Source: Ascidiella aspersa
Lineage: Eukaryota
Length of the DNA stretch: 64,000 bases
Direction: 5' to 3'
Assembly: GCA_963924565.1 (NCBI GenBank)
Contig: OZ004610.1
Span: 5,828,001-5,892,000, forward strand
The notes under the pieces were generated by a model. That model was not told the origin of the DNA and ran no database searches. It was given only the letters and a program-made list of their open reading frames with translations. Shown here one piece after another: positions 47,866 to 61,169 of this stretch (the first letter of the stretch is position 1; each line of letters starts with the position of its first letter). Both the position numbers and the translations under genes were made by a program.

Positions 47866-50590
47866 AATTACTGACATACTTTTTTCTTAATTCCACACAA
47901 ATTTTTGGCGCTCTTTCACTTATGTACATGAAAAGTTATGCGAAAAACAAAACAAAACCGCATACCACAACGCATATTGTTTGGGTTAGGGTGCGGGTTA
48001 GCGTTTGGGTGAGGGTAGGTCAAGTAATATTATGTTAATTATTAATAATAACTTGAACAACCCTCAACCAAACGCTAACCCGCACCCTAACCCAAAAATA
48101 TGTGTTGTGGTATACGGCATTTCAAGAAAGTTTTTTTTTTATTAATTTTTACGTACATAGTGAAAGAGCGTCACATTTTTTACATTGTTAAGCTTTCTGT
48201 ACACTGCTAAATTAATGACAAAAGGTGAAAATTCCTAAGAATTATTTTTACTTTGTTTTAGTTTCAATTTTTTCCAAAACTTTTTTAGCATCTTAATTAC
48301 AAAATACAAACTAATGTTAAAAAAATAGGGTTAGTTGCTAGTTGATGTTTTTGTTGTACAAGAAGAAAAATAACAAATAACATAAAATTAATTTAATTGT
48401 TAAATTTTGTCAATCATTGTTTCTTATTGACGTTATGCATTGAACGATTTTCATTCTGTAATCTCAAACTATAATATCACTTATGTTATGATATTGATTG
48501 GAAAGGGATAACAAGTAGCACAATAGCATTACATGAATAACAAAACAACATAGTCGGAGCTATTATTATTACCAACCTCAATCTTAAAAACTGTGCTCCT
48601 ATATAAAAATGGCTTTCACACAACACAAAATAGATTATGCATATTCGCTCAACTTAAGAAACTGTAAAATTCGTCGTCTTAATTTTTAGTTGAATTACAA
48701 CAATGTTAATTTTTAGAACGCAAGTTGTCCCGTTGGGTAAAGACAAACGATGATTAATGTATCTGCTTGTGGTGCATTACTGAACTCAACTGGCGTCGGT
48801 TAAAATCTACTAGCGTAGAATTCCCGCAATAATTACCTTAGGTTATTGTGGCCTGCAGTTTTAAATACCTTTATACGAAGTAAATTTGCAGGTTATACGA
48901 TATGCCAGATTTAATGTACAATGCTGTAACGGTAATTTAAAGGCGCCATTTTATGTCTTAAAAAATATTGGTTCTATGGTTTAATCATATATTATAATAT
49001 TCCACCCGATTTACACAAAATATTTTCGCAATTATAAAAGTTTAAGCTTTTTTCAAAAAAAGTGGCCTTTCGTGTCATATTTTTTGTACAAAAAATACCT
49101 AGAACAGTGGTTCCCAACCGGGATGTCGCGGAAAACTGGAGTGCCATTTCTTATGCTCAAGGATGCCGCTAGGTATTTGGAAATTTGATTTTTGCTATTA
49201 TTGCTAAGCATCTATGTTTACAATTAAAGTACAAGAAATAAATACAATTTCGGTTATTATTTAGAGTTATTTTTTATTGTTTCAGCTTCGTTTATTGTGC
49301 CAATTAGAGTAAACCATTGCAAACTTTTTTGAGTGCGACGTTTGAGTATTGTGAACATTTCGCGACCAAAAACACGGGCAACTAGTAGATGTGCTAGTCT
49401 GAGTAAATTTTGTCAATTTTCACAAACAGTTTTAAATGGTTTATTGACGTAACCTACGTATTATTCAATTAACTTTTTTCATGGGTGACGTCACAGAGTT
49501 ACGTCTTAAAACAAATTGGTTTAAAACAGGTAAAACTTTCAGTTTAAAATGATTTGTGACGAGTAAGGCACACAAGAGAGTTTCGCATATCGCTTAAAAT
49601 GATGGTAATTCTTAAATTTAAATTAAATGACTTTGTTTTATACTATTCGAATTCTTCCGGCTCGATTCGGTAATGTATTTATGAAAACGGCTCAGGTGCG
49701 GTTACAGTTCTCAAAACTCCATAAAGCAAAAAACAAAACTAAAGATTCATTTAATTATTTCTTGAAGAACACACAAAACACTTCAATAAAAAATGACAAA
49801 CCACTTGAAGCGAAAATAACTTCATTTCAAATGTTGATAACAATTAACCAGGTTTGTCGAAATTGACATAAAAGTATAACTTTTCAACTAACTATAATCA
49901 ATACTATATGACGACATTTTACTGATTGTAACCTTGTTTATGTGCAATAGTTGTGGTTTGATGTGCAGTTCAACACTTGGTTGGTAAAGTGGTGTGAGTT
50001 ATTATTTTATTTTTGCTTAATTTTTGCTTTATATGTCGTTTTGTTTTCAGATAGCCTACAGACGATGTTAGTAGGAGTTAAATTGGTTTATCGTATAACA
50101 TAGAAACATTTTTTTCCTTTTTTCAGTTACACTAAGTTGACTTTTATCAATAGGCCCACTACTTAAAATGAAACCATCTGAGTCTCACAAAAGTTGAAAA
50201 TAACGAACACGCGCAAAAGTTCTGCTACTCATGACATACATACTGTAAAACCAATAAAAACTCATTATGAGCAATTAAAAAGCATAATTTATTGAACGCT
50301 AGTTTAAATTTTCTCTTTTTTCTATTCGTATTTAGGCCAGTTGAAATAATTCTTCTTCAACCTGAAATAACTTTTGCAAATTTGAAAAATCAATATGCTG
50401 TTTTTAGGTGTAAAGAACAGCTTTAATTGTGACCCGATGTGACTATTAATTTTTTTATTTTTAAAACGCTTTTTTTTTCAAGTTCAGATGTCGCTGGAAT
50501 GGGTTTTCAGCGGCTTTCAAAAGATCAACAGATAAATACAATCAGTCGATTGCGGCTATTTTCTTCTTTTTTGACGAGCTTTACTTGACT

Positions 50591-53500
50591 CTATATGTTT
50601 CTAGTCGAGCCATTCACAGGCCGCTCATCGATGCGGAACATTCGTTTTAGGAAATAAACCTGCAATAATAAGAGCGTAAAAAGGTATTCATAACAATCAG
50701 ATTCAAACGGATATATCTCTGCAATAATAAGTATTATTAAGTCAATCATGCAGATTATATTGGTAATAACTCAAATATATATTGGGGTAGCAAAAAATGA
50801 TTGGCATTTTTCAGTAAACGTCAGACAAAAAACACGTTTGCAGGAAAGGTTTTGCTCAAGACGGCCGAATGTAGGTTACTTATAATTCAGACCACGAGTC
50901 TGACGATAAAATATCTAGCATTTCAAGAGTTTAGGATGCCGGGCAACTAATCCGTTTAGTTGTTTGATTGCGTTAACAACCCATACTGGCTTTGTTTAGC
51001 CTTCCAGCCCCTTCCATATATTTGACATCTAAGCGATATATTTCACATGTCAACTTACATAGAATAGAAAATATTAACATTTATTGAAGCGTTTGTATGA
51101 AGAAGAATATTTACGACTTGTTTTTAGAGGCGACGCTATGGTATTTTAGAATCCAAAACGTGATTTCTCCCCCTAAAATCAACAAAATTGGCAAAAATAA
51201 CAAATCATTTGCTCTTAAACCATTGTAAACAAGCACTCGTTTCACCTTATATTAGGACTGTTTGCCTGTTTGACCAAAGCCTGATATGCATTCTTATAAC
51301 TGTGTAAAACCTTACTGCGCCCTAAATAAAAAATTAGGTTTCACATTGGCCACATTTTTGGGTTACTATTACCATAAGTCAGTTAACTTACTCTCTGGCT
51401 CATATATTGCTAATAAGCCAATTTACGAACCTGTCCAAACGAAACAGCGCATAGCAGGATCATCATGACCACGGAAAACTCAGCGATCATCGCGTTGTTA
51501 TCGTCCATGAGTTCCTCATCTCGGCTAGCCATTTCCCGTTGGTGCGCCACCCCAAGCCGCATGTGATGGATGTCGTTAGTAAGTTGGTATACCTTATCCT
51601 GACACGCAATATACATCTTAACGTAGAATATAATTTATTTGCAAAGTTCCCATTCAGAAGCAGGTGGTACTTTGAACGTTTTAAATAGTGAGAAGGCACC
51701 GTTTTCTCAGTATACATTATAAGCTTTCGACACCGGCGTATTAGTGTACGGTGATAAGAATGGAGGTGTTATTGGCAACCTTCAACCATTATACTCCGAA
51801 AGTCAAGAACAGATGCAGACAAATAGTGTCAAAAAAACAAACAAAAAAACTTGCAATCGCTGAATTACGTAATAAAAGATTTACCTGTAGCTATAATTAT
51901 AGTTGTTTATATGTTGTCTGCTGCAGGGCATGTTATTTGCGCCTTATTGTGTCAAACAAGGCCTAACTTCATTTCTTTGGCCTCTATGTAAAACCAGGTG
52001 CAACAGAAAATAGCGTATTAGACTTGGAGCAATACATTTTTTATAGTTATAGGTATAAAAACGCGTTTGCTGCCAAAAATAAAATTCCTAAATACCAACT
52101 TCAACGAAAAGCCATTGCAGACTCGACGAATCTGTCGAATACCAACTTCTAATATTTTCGTTTTCTTTGGCACTTTAAGTTCGCGGCTTTTGAGAGATTA
52201 TATTAGTGTTATCAAACCTACAAGAGCGCCAACAAAATTTAATTCGGTATCGTAAAACAAATCAGTGAAGGGACATTAATGCAGTCCAAGTTTTAACAAA
52301 TTTGTAAGGCAAAATTATAATTTAGGTCGCCTTATTTAATTTTGTTTTGTTTTGTTTAATTCACTTCACCTCACTTGGTTTGTTCTGTTGCCTTTCTACT
52401 TTTGCGTTTGCCACTTATGACCACTAATTGTTTTCCGCCTCTGATTTAATGCTAAAGGGCAACTCCCGAGTTTCAGCAGCAGTTGTTAAAACTAGAGAAC
52501 CCTGGTAGTCTGGTTTTGGCCGTTGTGTGATACAGTGCAGATGTTTTTATGAGCAAGCGAGCTATAGCGTATACGCGCTAGCCGTGCTACAGATTTGAGC
52601 TTAAATCTATCTGTGCTACAAGATTTGATCTGTGCTACAGATTGAGCTTAGCGTTGGCGTTCGCGCCAAACGGCCATTCTGATAATATTAAAGTCAGGGA
52701 CAGGCTTTCAAGCAGTGAATAAGATATGGCGCAACAACTGCTCCTTTATTTAAATTCGTTACACGCAGGGTAAAATAATATGAAGGTAAAATAATAGTTC
52801 TAAAATACCGGAGGTTATCGTTCGTTATACGCAAATATGCAACTGAATTCTTAGTTTAAAAGCTTTGGAGGGGTACAAGTTGAACACTTTTCGTTCTTTA
52901 CCGAAAAGCATGAAAATTTTCAATGATAGCGTCACAAAGTTTCGTCATACAGTGACGCCAAAAACAAATAACCTTATAGGAAACCTGTGGTTATCATTCA
53001 ATGTTCTGCACCAATATGCAACTGAAATCTCAGTTTAAATGCATTAATTCAAGTTTACTTTTTACTACTGGTTAAAGAAAAATCAACATGGTATGTTTAG
53101 CAACACCTACGTATGCATTATACATGGTGTCGTTTTCGTCTTCTTGCTTTGCCAGGTGAAAATGAGGTACTTCACCGTGGTCCACGATTAACACGTGTAA
53201 GTAAACTCGTTTGGAGGAGAGACGGTCCACTGTGTTTTCGAGACACAATTCATACACACCTAAATCCATGCCTGATTAGGTATAGTCCTTGGACGCAATA
53301 TTTAATAAGCCATGTAAGTTCTAAACGACATCTTCAACAAACATTATTTTGCGTTCTTCTCATAGTTTAGAAATAATCTATATGACAGTAAACCTGGTTA
53401 TGCCCAGCTGGGCACTTTTTGACGACCATTTTCCACGAAACGAGTAACACAATTTCATAACATATATTATTGCCAATAATATAATCAATAAAACTATATA

Positions 53501-56313
53501 TTTTTAAATTAAATAGGCCTACTTTTAGACGCAGGGAAATATTATTTTTTATATTACCTACGTGAATATTGATATTCAGCCAATCCTAGGTATATAGTCT
53601 TTGCAGTGTTGTAATGACTCCAGTCAAGTGTACTTAAGTCACTGTTTTAAATAAATTTACTTGACTCAAAACAGTGAGCTAAGTTAAGTGCACGTCAAAA
53701 AATAGTAGGTGACCAAGACTTAGTTTAGGCAACTGATGACTTTGGCCGGTATTTATCGTTTATTTACTCAAAAAATCTGACTTCAAAGTTATTTTATAAA
53801 AGCCTCGCCCGGGAATTAAATCATTTCAAAATTTCTTGTTTTTCCTTAAACTTAAATCAATATTCATACGTTAGAGTTAGAATCTTAACAATATAAATCA
53901 ACTATAATTTAGTTCTCATTTCGTTCGAACGGAAACCACGTGGCTATTTAAATATGTTTAGAATGGTGTTATCTGTAACAAAAAAAATGTGACGTACACT
54001 ATAAATTTTGTTTGTTTTGGAGCAAAAAAAGGCTGTTGCGACCAGGGCTGCGCAGTCGGACTCAGCCTCGGGACTCGAGAAGTCAGTTTATTTTGGTGAA
54101 GTCGGACTCTGGTAAGATCACGTAAAACTATCAGAGTCCCGAGTCCCGAGTCCGTCCTGCGCATGCGCAGTATCAAATTTGAAAACTGATATGCCCGCCA
54201 ACTGGAAATCGTAAAGGTGGAATAGCATGTTGGAAACCTTTCCAACCATTGTGAGTGAATGAATTATACGACACCACTATAAGTTGGTTGCTAAATATCA
54301 ACGTTATTTAAGAACGTAAATTGGCGGAATACAGGCTGTAGAGTCAGGGCCGGACTCGGAACTCGACGAAATTGCACATTTGACCAGAGTCGGACTTGGA
54401 CCTCGGGGAGTCGGACTCGGGTTAATTTTTTTGGCCGGAGTCGGACTCGGGCGTCGGACTCGGTAGTCGGACTCGGGTTATTTTTAACCGACTGCGCAGC
54501 CCTGGTTGCGACATACAGACGCTCGCTCACTTCACAGGCCTGTCAGGCATGAAAAATTAGTACATCACGGAGCGTAAAATATTTGTGTACATCTCTACCA
54601 TTGTGTTAAAACAATTCAGGAAAACGGTAAAATAACTCAGGCTTGCCTTCAACAGGGCAGAGAAACTCAAAGGCTGATTTCAAGGTTGGTTTCTCTGTTT
54701 GAGCTGCAACAGATCCGTTTGGAAACCGAACAGTCGATGTTATATATCCGTTTGATTTAAACGAAGGTGGTGTTCTGACCTATGACAAAAAAATAATAGA
54801 CCTATATTAGGCTTCCCAATCGTGGTATGCCAACACTCCATTTTGTGCGACAATAAGTTCAAGTGGTGGTGAGTGTGCCAGTTAATGTACACAAAGAGTT
54901 GGCAAGTGGGTTAAGTGATGTACACAGGTTGTACTAGCAGTGAGAGTAGGCCGCATAACCCGGAACGGATATCCTGTAACATAATTGGTTCCGATTCCGC
55001 GTTCCGGTAAAGAAATGATTGCTAATACGTCGAACTGGTAAAACAAATGTTTTTTTTTACCGGGCCATGTCTATTTTAAACACACAATCCCGCCAAATCC
55101 TTGACTGTATTTAATCTAAGATTTCAGTTGCATTTTTGTGCACTAACGAAAATAAACACAGGTATTTTAAGAACTTAATTGTTTTAGGCGTTGCGTTTCG
55201 TTAATATACGTAACTTTGTGACGTCTACGTTCATCTCTGGATTGTAGTTTTTAACGATATCTTATAACGTCACAATTAATCCCAAACACAAGCTCTCACT
55301 TAGTTATTAAAAAAATGTTGAAGAAATTCGACTAAAAACGAAAAATATCTTGTTTATCAGAGAAGTATTTTGTTTTTGTCTAATTCAACGTAATGTACCT
55401 CAAAAACGTTTTATAGAACCTAATAGGTCACACAACTGAAAAGTTTAACCACATAGAATAAGCTAGAAAAAGATTCGTAGCAAATAAGTAGGATTGTATC
55501 GAACTATAAAAGATTGAGTTTACAACGAAACAGACCCGGTAAAATAGTTCACCTGAAATTGTGCGATGAACTCGGAGTCCGGTTTGCAATCTTCGTAGTA
55601 GCAATCCACGCTCGCCCTCGCAACTTCAACGTCACTGCTGAACTCGCGGAAAGTTTGGTCCTTCATCAAAATCTTGAAATACGACTTGGCATCATATGTG
55701 TTGTACGTCTCGAGCGATTTCAAAACTGTAACAAAAAACGGCATTATCGCTTCATAAAATATACACACACATATGTGTGTTCAATAACTGTGTTGTAGCC
55801 CTTCTGAAACTGTTTTTTGACGAACGATTACGGCTTTCGTATCGTTGGTACACCGAAAGACATCGCACACTCACCGAATCTGTCGATCAGCGTTGCAGTT
55901 CGAACTTCACTGCACAAAATACTAGCACAGCTGGCAATTTTGGTCAGACGCCATTAACAGATCTTAAAATATATATTTACACTGATGGTGTCTTTGTTTG
56001 TCAAGGTGATTTCTATGATCACATATTTAGTGCAACACTCACTGCAGGCTATATTGTATTTTTAGCCTGCTTTCCTTGAATGATTGATCGACAGATTCAG
56101 TGAGATGGTTCCAGGAGCGCCATTGTATGGTTGTGCTTTTGGCCATACAGAGCGGGGAACTCGTAACATGCTTCGTTTTTCGATTCAAAAACAACAAAAA
56201 AGCTGCTCGAACGATACTACATAACCTATTTACTTCTTAGATAGCGCAATGTTGTTTTTACTTCCGGCACACTTACAGTGTGGAATGATTCGGGGCCCAC
56301 CCAATACCAATTT
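50591..56313 (-). CDS. p24/TMED (emp24 GOLD-domain) protein, gamma-like, paralogue A; signal-peptide exon not located
   Basis: Exons (56313-56277 tentative), 55725-55553, 54779-54647, 53259-53111, 51598-51431, 50659-50591. GOLD cysteines VDCYYED..QFQV and GVYELCLENTVDRLSSKRV; RDEELMDDNN; transmembrane helix; FGQVYFLKRMF tail. The 54647 donor is GC. Confidence 0.85.
54043..54504. mobile_element. hAT-type MITE family A (inverted relative to 1775-2164)
   Basis: cagggctgcgcagtcgg..ccgactgcgcagccctg with perfect 8-bp TSD gttgcgac; interior matches the 1775 copy. Confidence 0.9.
55870..56104. mobile_element. Small TIR element
   Basis: ctcaccgaatctgtcgatca / tgatcgacagattcagtgag: 20-bp inverted ends with one mismatch. 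Confidence 0.6.
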
Positions 56314-56645
56314 CTAAAGCGACAATAGAAAAATGGACAAAGTTTGTTCGTTTCTGAAAATACGTCAAAACCGTAGTAGTTTTAAAGTAACAACTTTTTC
56401 AGTTTGAACGTAATATGTTTCAAAAGAACTTTATCCGTATTTCTTGATTTGTGGCATAAGGTCAAAATACCTATTTATTAGCGTTTATTTGTCGTAATAA
56501 TTTTTCGTGGACCATCGATAATACATAGAGAAGGCGCAAGTCAAACGTCCTTTGACCGCAGGCACACCGTTCAAGGAGTATTGACTTATAAAGCCCAGTC
56601 AACTCATAGGCATAAGCATACTAAAATTTAATTAAAACCTTTTAA

Positions 56646-57814
56646 CCCTTTAACTGCGACGGGCCCATAAATGGGCCCAACGACCACCAGCCATTTTTAC
56701 TGCCACAAAAAGCTTATTAGTGTAAATTTTTTTCCAGTCGGGGTGCTTTTGAAAGAAGATGTATGTATGTTTGTTTCTTTTTGACTTAAAAAATATATGT
56801 TAGCATTTGAAAAAAATAGTTATATTATTTTAACAAAATAAACAAACGAAGTAAACGAATGCGCGGCTTTCCTTAAAAATCGCTTTCCGTTTGCAAAGCA
56901 CAGATATAGAAGTACGACTTACAATCTTTATCATCTTCACTCAGGTTTAAGTCTTTCTCGTTGAACTCCTCCTTTTCTTTTTCTGCCGTAACACACAGTA
57001 GGAATGAATTTAAAAAGCATATAAGGAATTTCATGATGTTCAGTTAACCTTTGGATATCTGCAATATAAGGGTATGTAATAGCTTAAACTTTCACTTATA
57101 CTAATTTTTATTTATGGCCGTATTTGTCTAATTCTAAATAGAGGAATCAGGTGGCACTGTATAAAGACAAATGTATTGTACGTCACCATTCTTATCACCT
57201 TTTACTTGCGCTTGTGCTTTTAAGTGCATTTTAATTGTTTTCATTTGCACTTTGACCTGATGAAGCACGGTTGTGCGAAAGCTTGTCGAGAATCCAATAC
57301 AATTTGTCTTTATACAGAGCCCCCTGATTCCTCTAGTTATACGAATTGGTTCCGATAACAAGCAAAGTGGATATCTTAACTCTTCTCACCAAGAAACATG
57401 GAGAAATGGCAAGTGTGGTTAAGATGTTTTTACTTGCTTTTCTTTATTCCATATTTATCCATTTCTGGTATGGTTTAAGAGCAATTCGGTAAAAGCGCTC
57501 TTTCTGTTTCATATATTGTTTGAGTTTGATACACTGCTCAAGTCCAACAAAGTTTTGGTGTGGATTTCTTTATAGTGCCAAAGCAAAGACGTATTCTTGT
57601 CATGTAGCACTTCTAGAAGGGGCTGACATTTTTTTGAAAACAAATATGGCTTCTTGTAACTTTTAGAAATCACTGCTGTACGACCTCTCACCCGTGGCTG
57701 TAATATTAGCATTTGCTGTAAGATGGGCAATTTGTACGCCAGTGATCATTTTTTTAAACTGATTGTGCAGTACCATCTAGTGAATATTTGACGTGAAGAT
57801 TTAGGCAGTTAAGG
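56646..57814. mobile_element. piggyBac-type non-autonomous element
   Basis: TTAA|ccctttaactgc ... gcagttaagg|TTAA. Contains a segment (57115-57335) also found at about 3935-4050. Confidence 0.65.
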
Positions 57815-59778
57815 TTAAACTTGTCAATCAAAATACGTTTGACCGTCTATGTAAAAGGTTGCACACCCCTGCTATAATACCAAATTTACTGAGATTTTAA
57901 GCGACAGGGCTTTTAAAAGCGCTGATAGGCACGATATTGCAGCTGTTTTGGCCCCAAACAAACATTACGGTATTCTGCAAAATCTACAAGACTCCGTTTT
58001 TCGTTTAGCAAGCTTATATTAAAACCCATACGATGAGCAAAGTTTCACTTTATTGTTGAAAAAAGAAATGAGATCTGAAACACCAAATTTGTTGATGAAC
58101 GGACAACCGGTAATCGCCTAATGGTCTTTGCAAATTCAACACGCTACACATTCCTCTCGGTGTACTTTTTTCCCCATTATAATTAACTGCATAAACAGTT
58201 TTCGAAATAACTCAACATCTTTCCTAAAATAGACAAAATAGCCTCTTGTTCTTACGTTATATCGTAAAATTTAAGCTAAACCAGACACGCGAAAACTACA
58301 GAAGAAAAGCACATATTACCACACTCTTGTTTCGGCTGTTGCAAATGTCATCACATTCATTACAGTGCTTATCTAAATTTTAACTCACATTTAAGCGGAT
58401 CACCTACTGGAGCTACAATTTTACTCGCTATATCATTGGCTTACATTTCCGTTCATCAGCTTTTAAATTTATGTAGATCTTGTGCTGCGTTGCATACAAT
58501 ATGTATTTTCTAACTGTGATGTTCGTCGTTTAACAAAGTCGCGCTTATTAACAAAGTATTAACAAAGTCGCGCAGCCTGCAATGGTCTCCATACGCTTGC
58601 GCGATTTTACAGCAGGAAGCATTGCCGGTAATAAACAGCGTCCCTTTCTTAGGGATTAGCATATGTCCAGAAGGTTGACAATGTGGTAGAACGTTTAGCG
58701 TTAGCATCGTTAAAGTGTATAATTTTTTTTTATATTTAAAGTAGACTTAAGTCATTCAGGGACATGACCCGACTGTTTTTCCTCAAAAAAAAAAGTGGCA
58801 TATATTTTTCAACTTTATACACATTATAAAACACTTCCTGATTCAGTTTTTGATATTTGCTTTGCAAACTACCACAATAACATTTTGCTGTGGACAACAT
58901 ATTCCCAATGCAATGATTTGTTGAAATAAAAATTTTTCACTTCCTTTACGGTAAAAGGCTTAACTTGAATTGCCCTTTTTGGAAACGAATTGACTTTATT
59001 TTCTGTTTCTAAAACTTTTTTATAAAACTGGTTCTAAGATACGATCGGTAGCCGTTTATTATTGAATGCAGTTTAACTACTTATGTTTCACAGCTTACGG
59101 TTGCCTATACATTAAGCTTAAGGTATTAGTTACGTGCAAAGATTTTATGATTTTATATACATGCGTTTTTCGGTTGACTAATGAACAGGACAAAAAATAC
59201 CCTATCACGTAAGTTGAACACAACTAATACACAGTTTTAGAAGCATTAAACGTGATTTCCGTAGTAGCCAAATATGTTTTTTGGTTGAAGTTACCAATTG
59301 CGAATTTAGTAAATGGTCTGATTTCACGCGTCATTGAGTCTGCTTCGTTACGTTATAAAATATTACCATATTATGGTAAAATTAAAATTTTATTTTAAAT
59401 ACTACAGCTCAATGTACTGTCAATGCGTTTATTTGCCCTATTTACAAAACAATGCTAAACACCAATTTGGTTAAAGTTCTCGCCAATGAAAACATAATGT
59501 ATCCAATTGGAACACTTTTGCTGAGTGTTAGCTTCGCCGTCGTTTATTTTTAGCCAGATTTTGCAACTTTCTGCGCTTTTTTAGAATTTACTCATGGATT
59601 TTATGTGTTTCATTGGATGACTTTTGTGAACACGACAAAGAATAGCGTACGTGGATAACACATACCTCTCTGTCACCATCTACCATTAGCTATCTTAATA
59701 TATATTTGAAGAGATCAATCAGTCAGGACTCAGGAGCAAGAAACTAACAGCCTAACAGGAGCAGGGTTTCTCGTCAAT

Positions 59779-59780
<2 letters not shown>

Positions 59781-59810
<30 letters not shown>
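59781..59810. repeat. (TA)n microsatellite
   Basis: Fifteen uninterrupted TA units. Confidence 0.9.
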
Positions 59811-59817
<7 letters not shown>

Positions 59818-61169
59818 TATAGGATTATTACGTCACAGATTGAGGTATTATGACTTAAAGCGTTTATGTAATTATTAAATCAACGCACATTATTTGGGTT
59901 AGGGTGCTGGTTAGCGCTTGGGTTTGAGTGGGTCAAGTATTGCTAAACTTAATCCTCTTATGTACATTTGTTAAGTCAAATTAGTGCATTGTCACAGACC
60001 TCAAAGTCTAAGAGTCGGACTTTTTGATTCTTTGGATGTACTAATTGTCGTAGACCTGTTTGCTTAGAACTGCGCTAATTTCTGACGGTTAGGGTGCCAA
60101 ATTTCATAATGAGAAACGCTCATACCAGACTAAAAGTAAAGGGCAAATTAGTAGGCGTAAGTCTGACGTGGTTAGCAAGTGTAGTGCACTATAGACAATT
60201 AGCAACTACCTATATGATCCATTTTAAACACCATTACAACATTGCTTTTTTGGTTATGTTTACACTGCTTTAACAAAACAGAAAGCCTAAAATTTGTAAC
60301 TTCGGCGATTACACAACTTCGCCAATTACACACTGTTTTTACAAAACAGTGAGCTTAAATTCTTACGTCTAGCAAAACAGCATCAAATTTCTGAGCAAGC
60401 CCCTTTTGCAAACAATAACTTTTGCCACGCAGATAATTGCTATAACTTTGTTTGAAACAGGCTTATTCAACCGTGCATTCGCGCGTCTCCATATTGTGTA
60501 TAGAGTTCTATGACCAATTAGTGTTTTGGTATTTAGCCTAGCTCCCAATAAATCCAAGCTAGCCGTCTGTAGTCGTTTGAACTGACCTACCAAACTGTTG
60601 TAATTGCCCGCTAGCCATCCGATTGTCACTTTCTAGCGGTCACTTTTTCGATACACAGTGAGTCACAATTATCTTTTTAAATTAACGTCTGTTGAACGCG
60701 ACTTGAGAAAACTTACACAAATATGGCAAGACATAATATGTAATGGTGGCCACAGCTTTAGGGCTTCTTACGTTTTGTTTACCCATGCAAAATATCGTGT
60801 TTAATGTAACGGTACTAATTACTCTTTATCCTCAAGACAACGCCAGTAGTATTTTTTTTGCTTCACCTAAATATACCCTTCTAAGCCAAGTTTGTAAAAT
60901 ATTTTTAAAAGAAAAAAAGGTATGGCTTTTTTCCTAAATAATTCGTAAGGAGCAGTAATATTTTTTATTTATTCTTGAAACCAACTTTAGCGGCTTCTAC
61001 TCAAGAAAAGAGATTGACAAACATAAGGTGTTCAACTAACTACATAACATATTACATTCCAGGACAGCTTGAGGCGAAATACGCCAACACAAACAAAAAT
61101 GCGTCATCAACTAAAAGACTGTTACACACTTTGTTAATAGTTAATGCAATAGATCGGTTTTTCTTGACG

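Noticed and set aside
47982-48093. GGGTTAGGG motifs as an interstitial telomere
   Set aside because: No tandem TTAGGG array; the motifs are the internal arms of MITE family B.
54291-54530. Repeat-rich ORFs (RVRL, ESDSD), also at 1922-2185, that could be read as CRISPR-like or coding repeats
   Set aside because: They are subterminal GAGTCGGACTCG repeats of hAT MITE family A, with no unique spacers and no cas genes.
55875-55960. Apparent TMED exon ending TTCG|GTGAGT
   Set aside because: The donor lies inside the TIR of the 55870-56104 element and I could not attach a start codon in frame.
56314-56353. Signal-peptide-like LSIFLLSL* with an in-frame TAG (possible pseudogene or readthrough)
   Set aside because: Better explained as a polypyrimidine tract plus acceptor AG.
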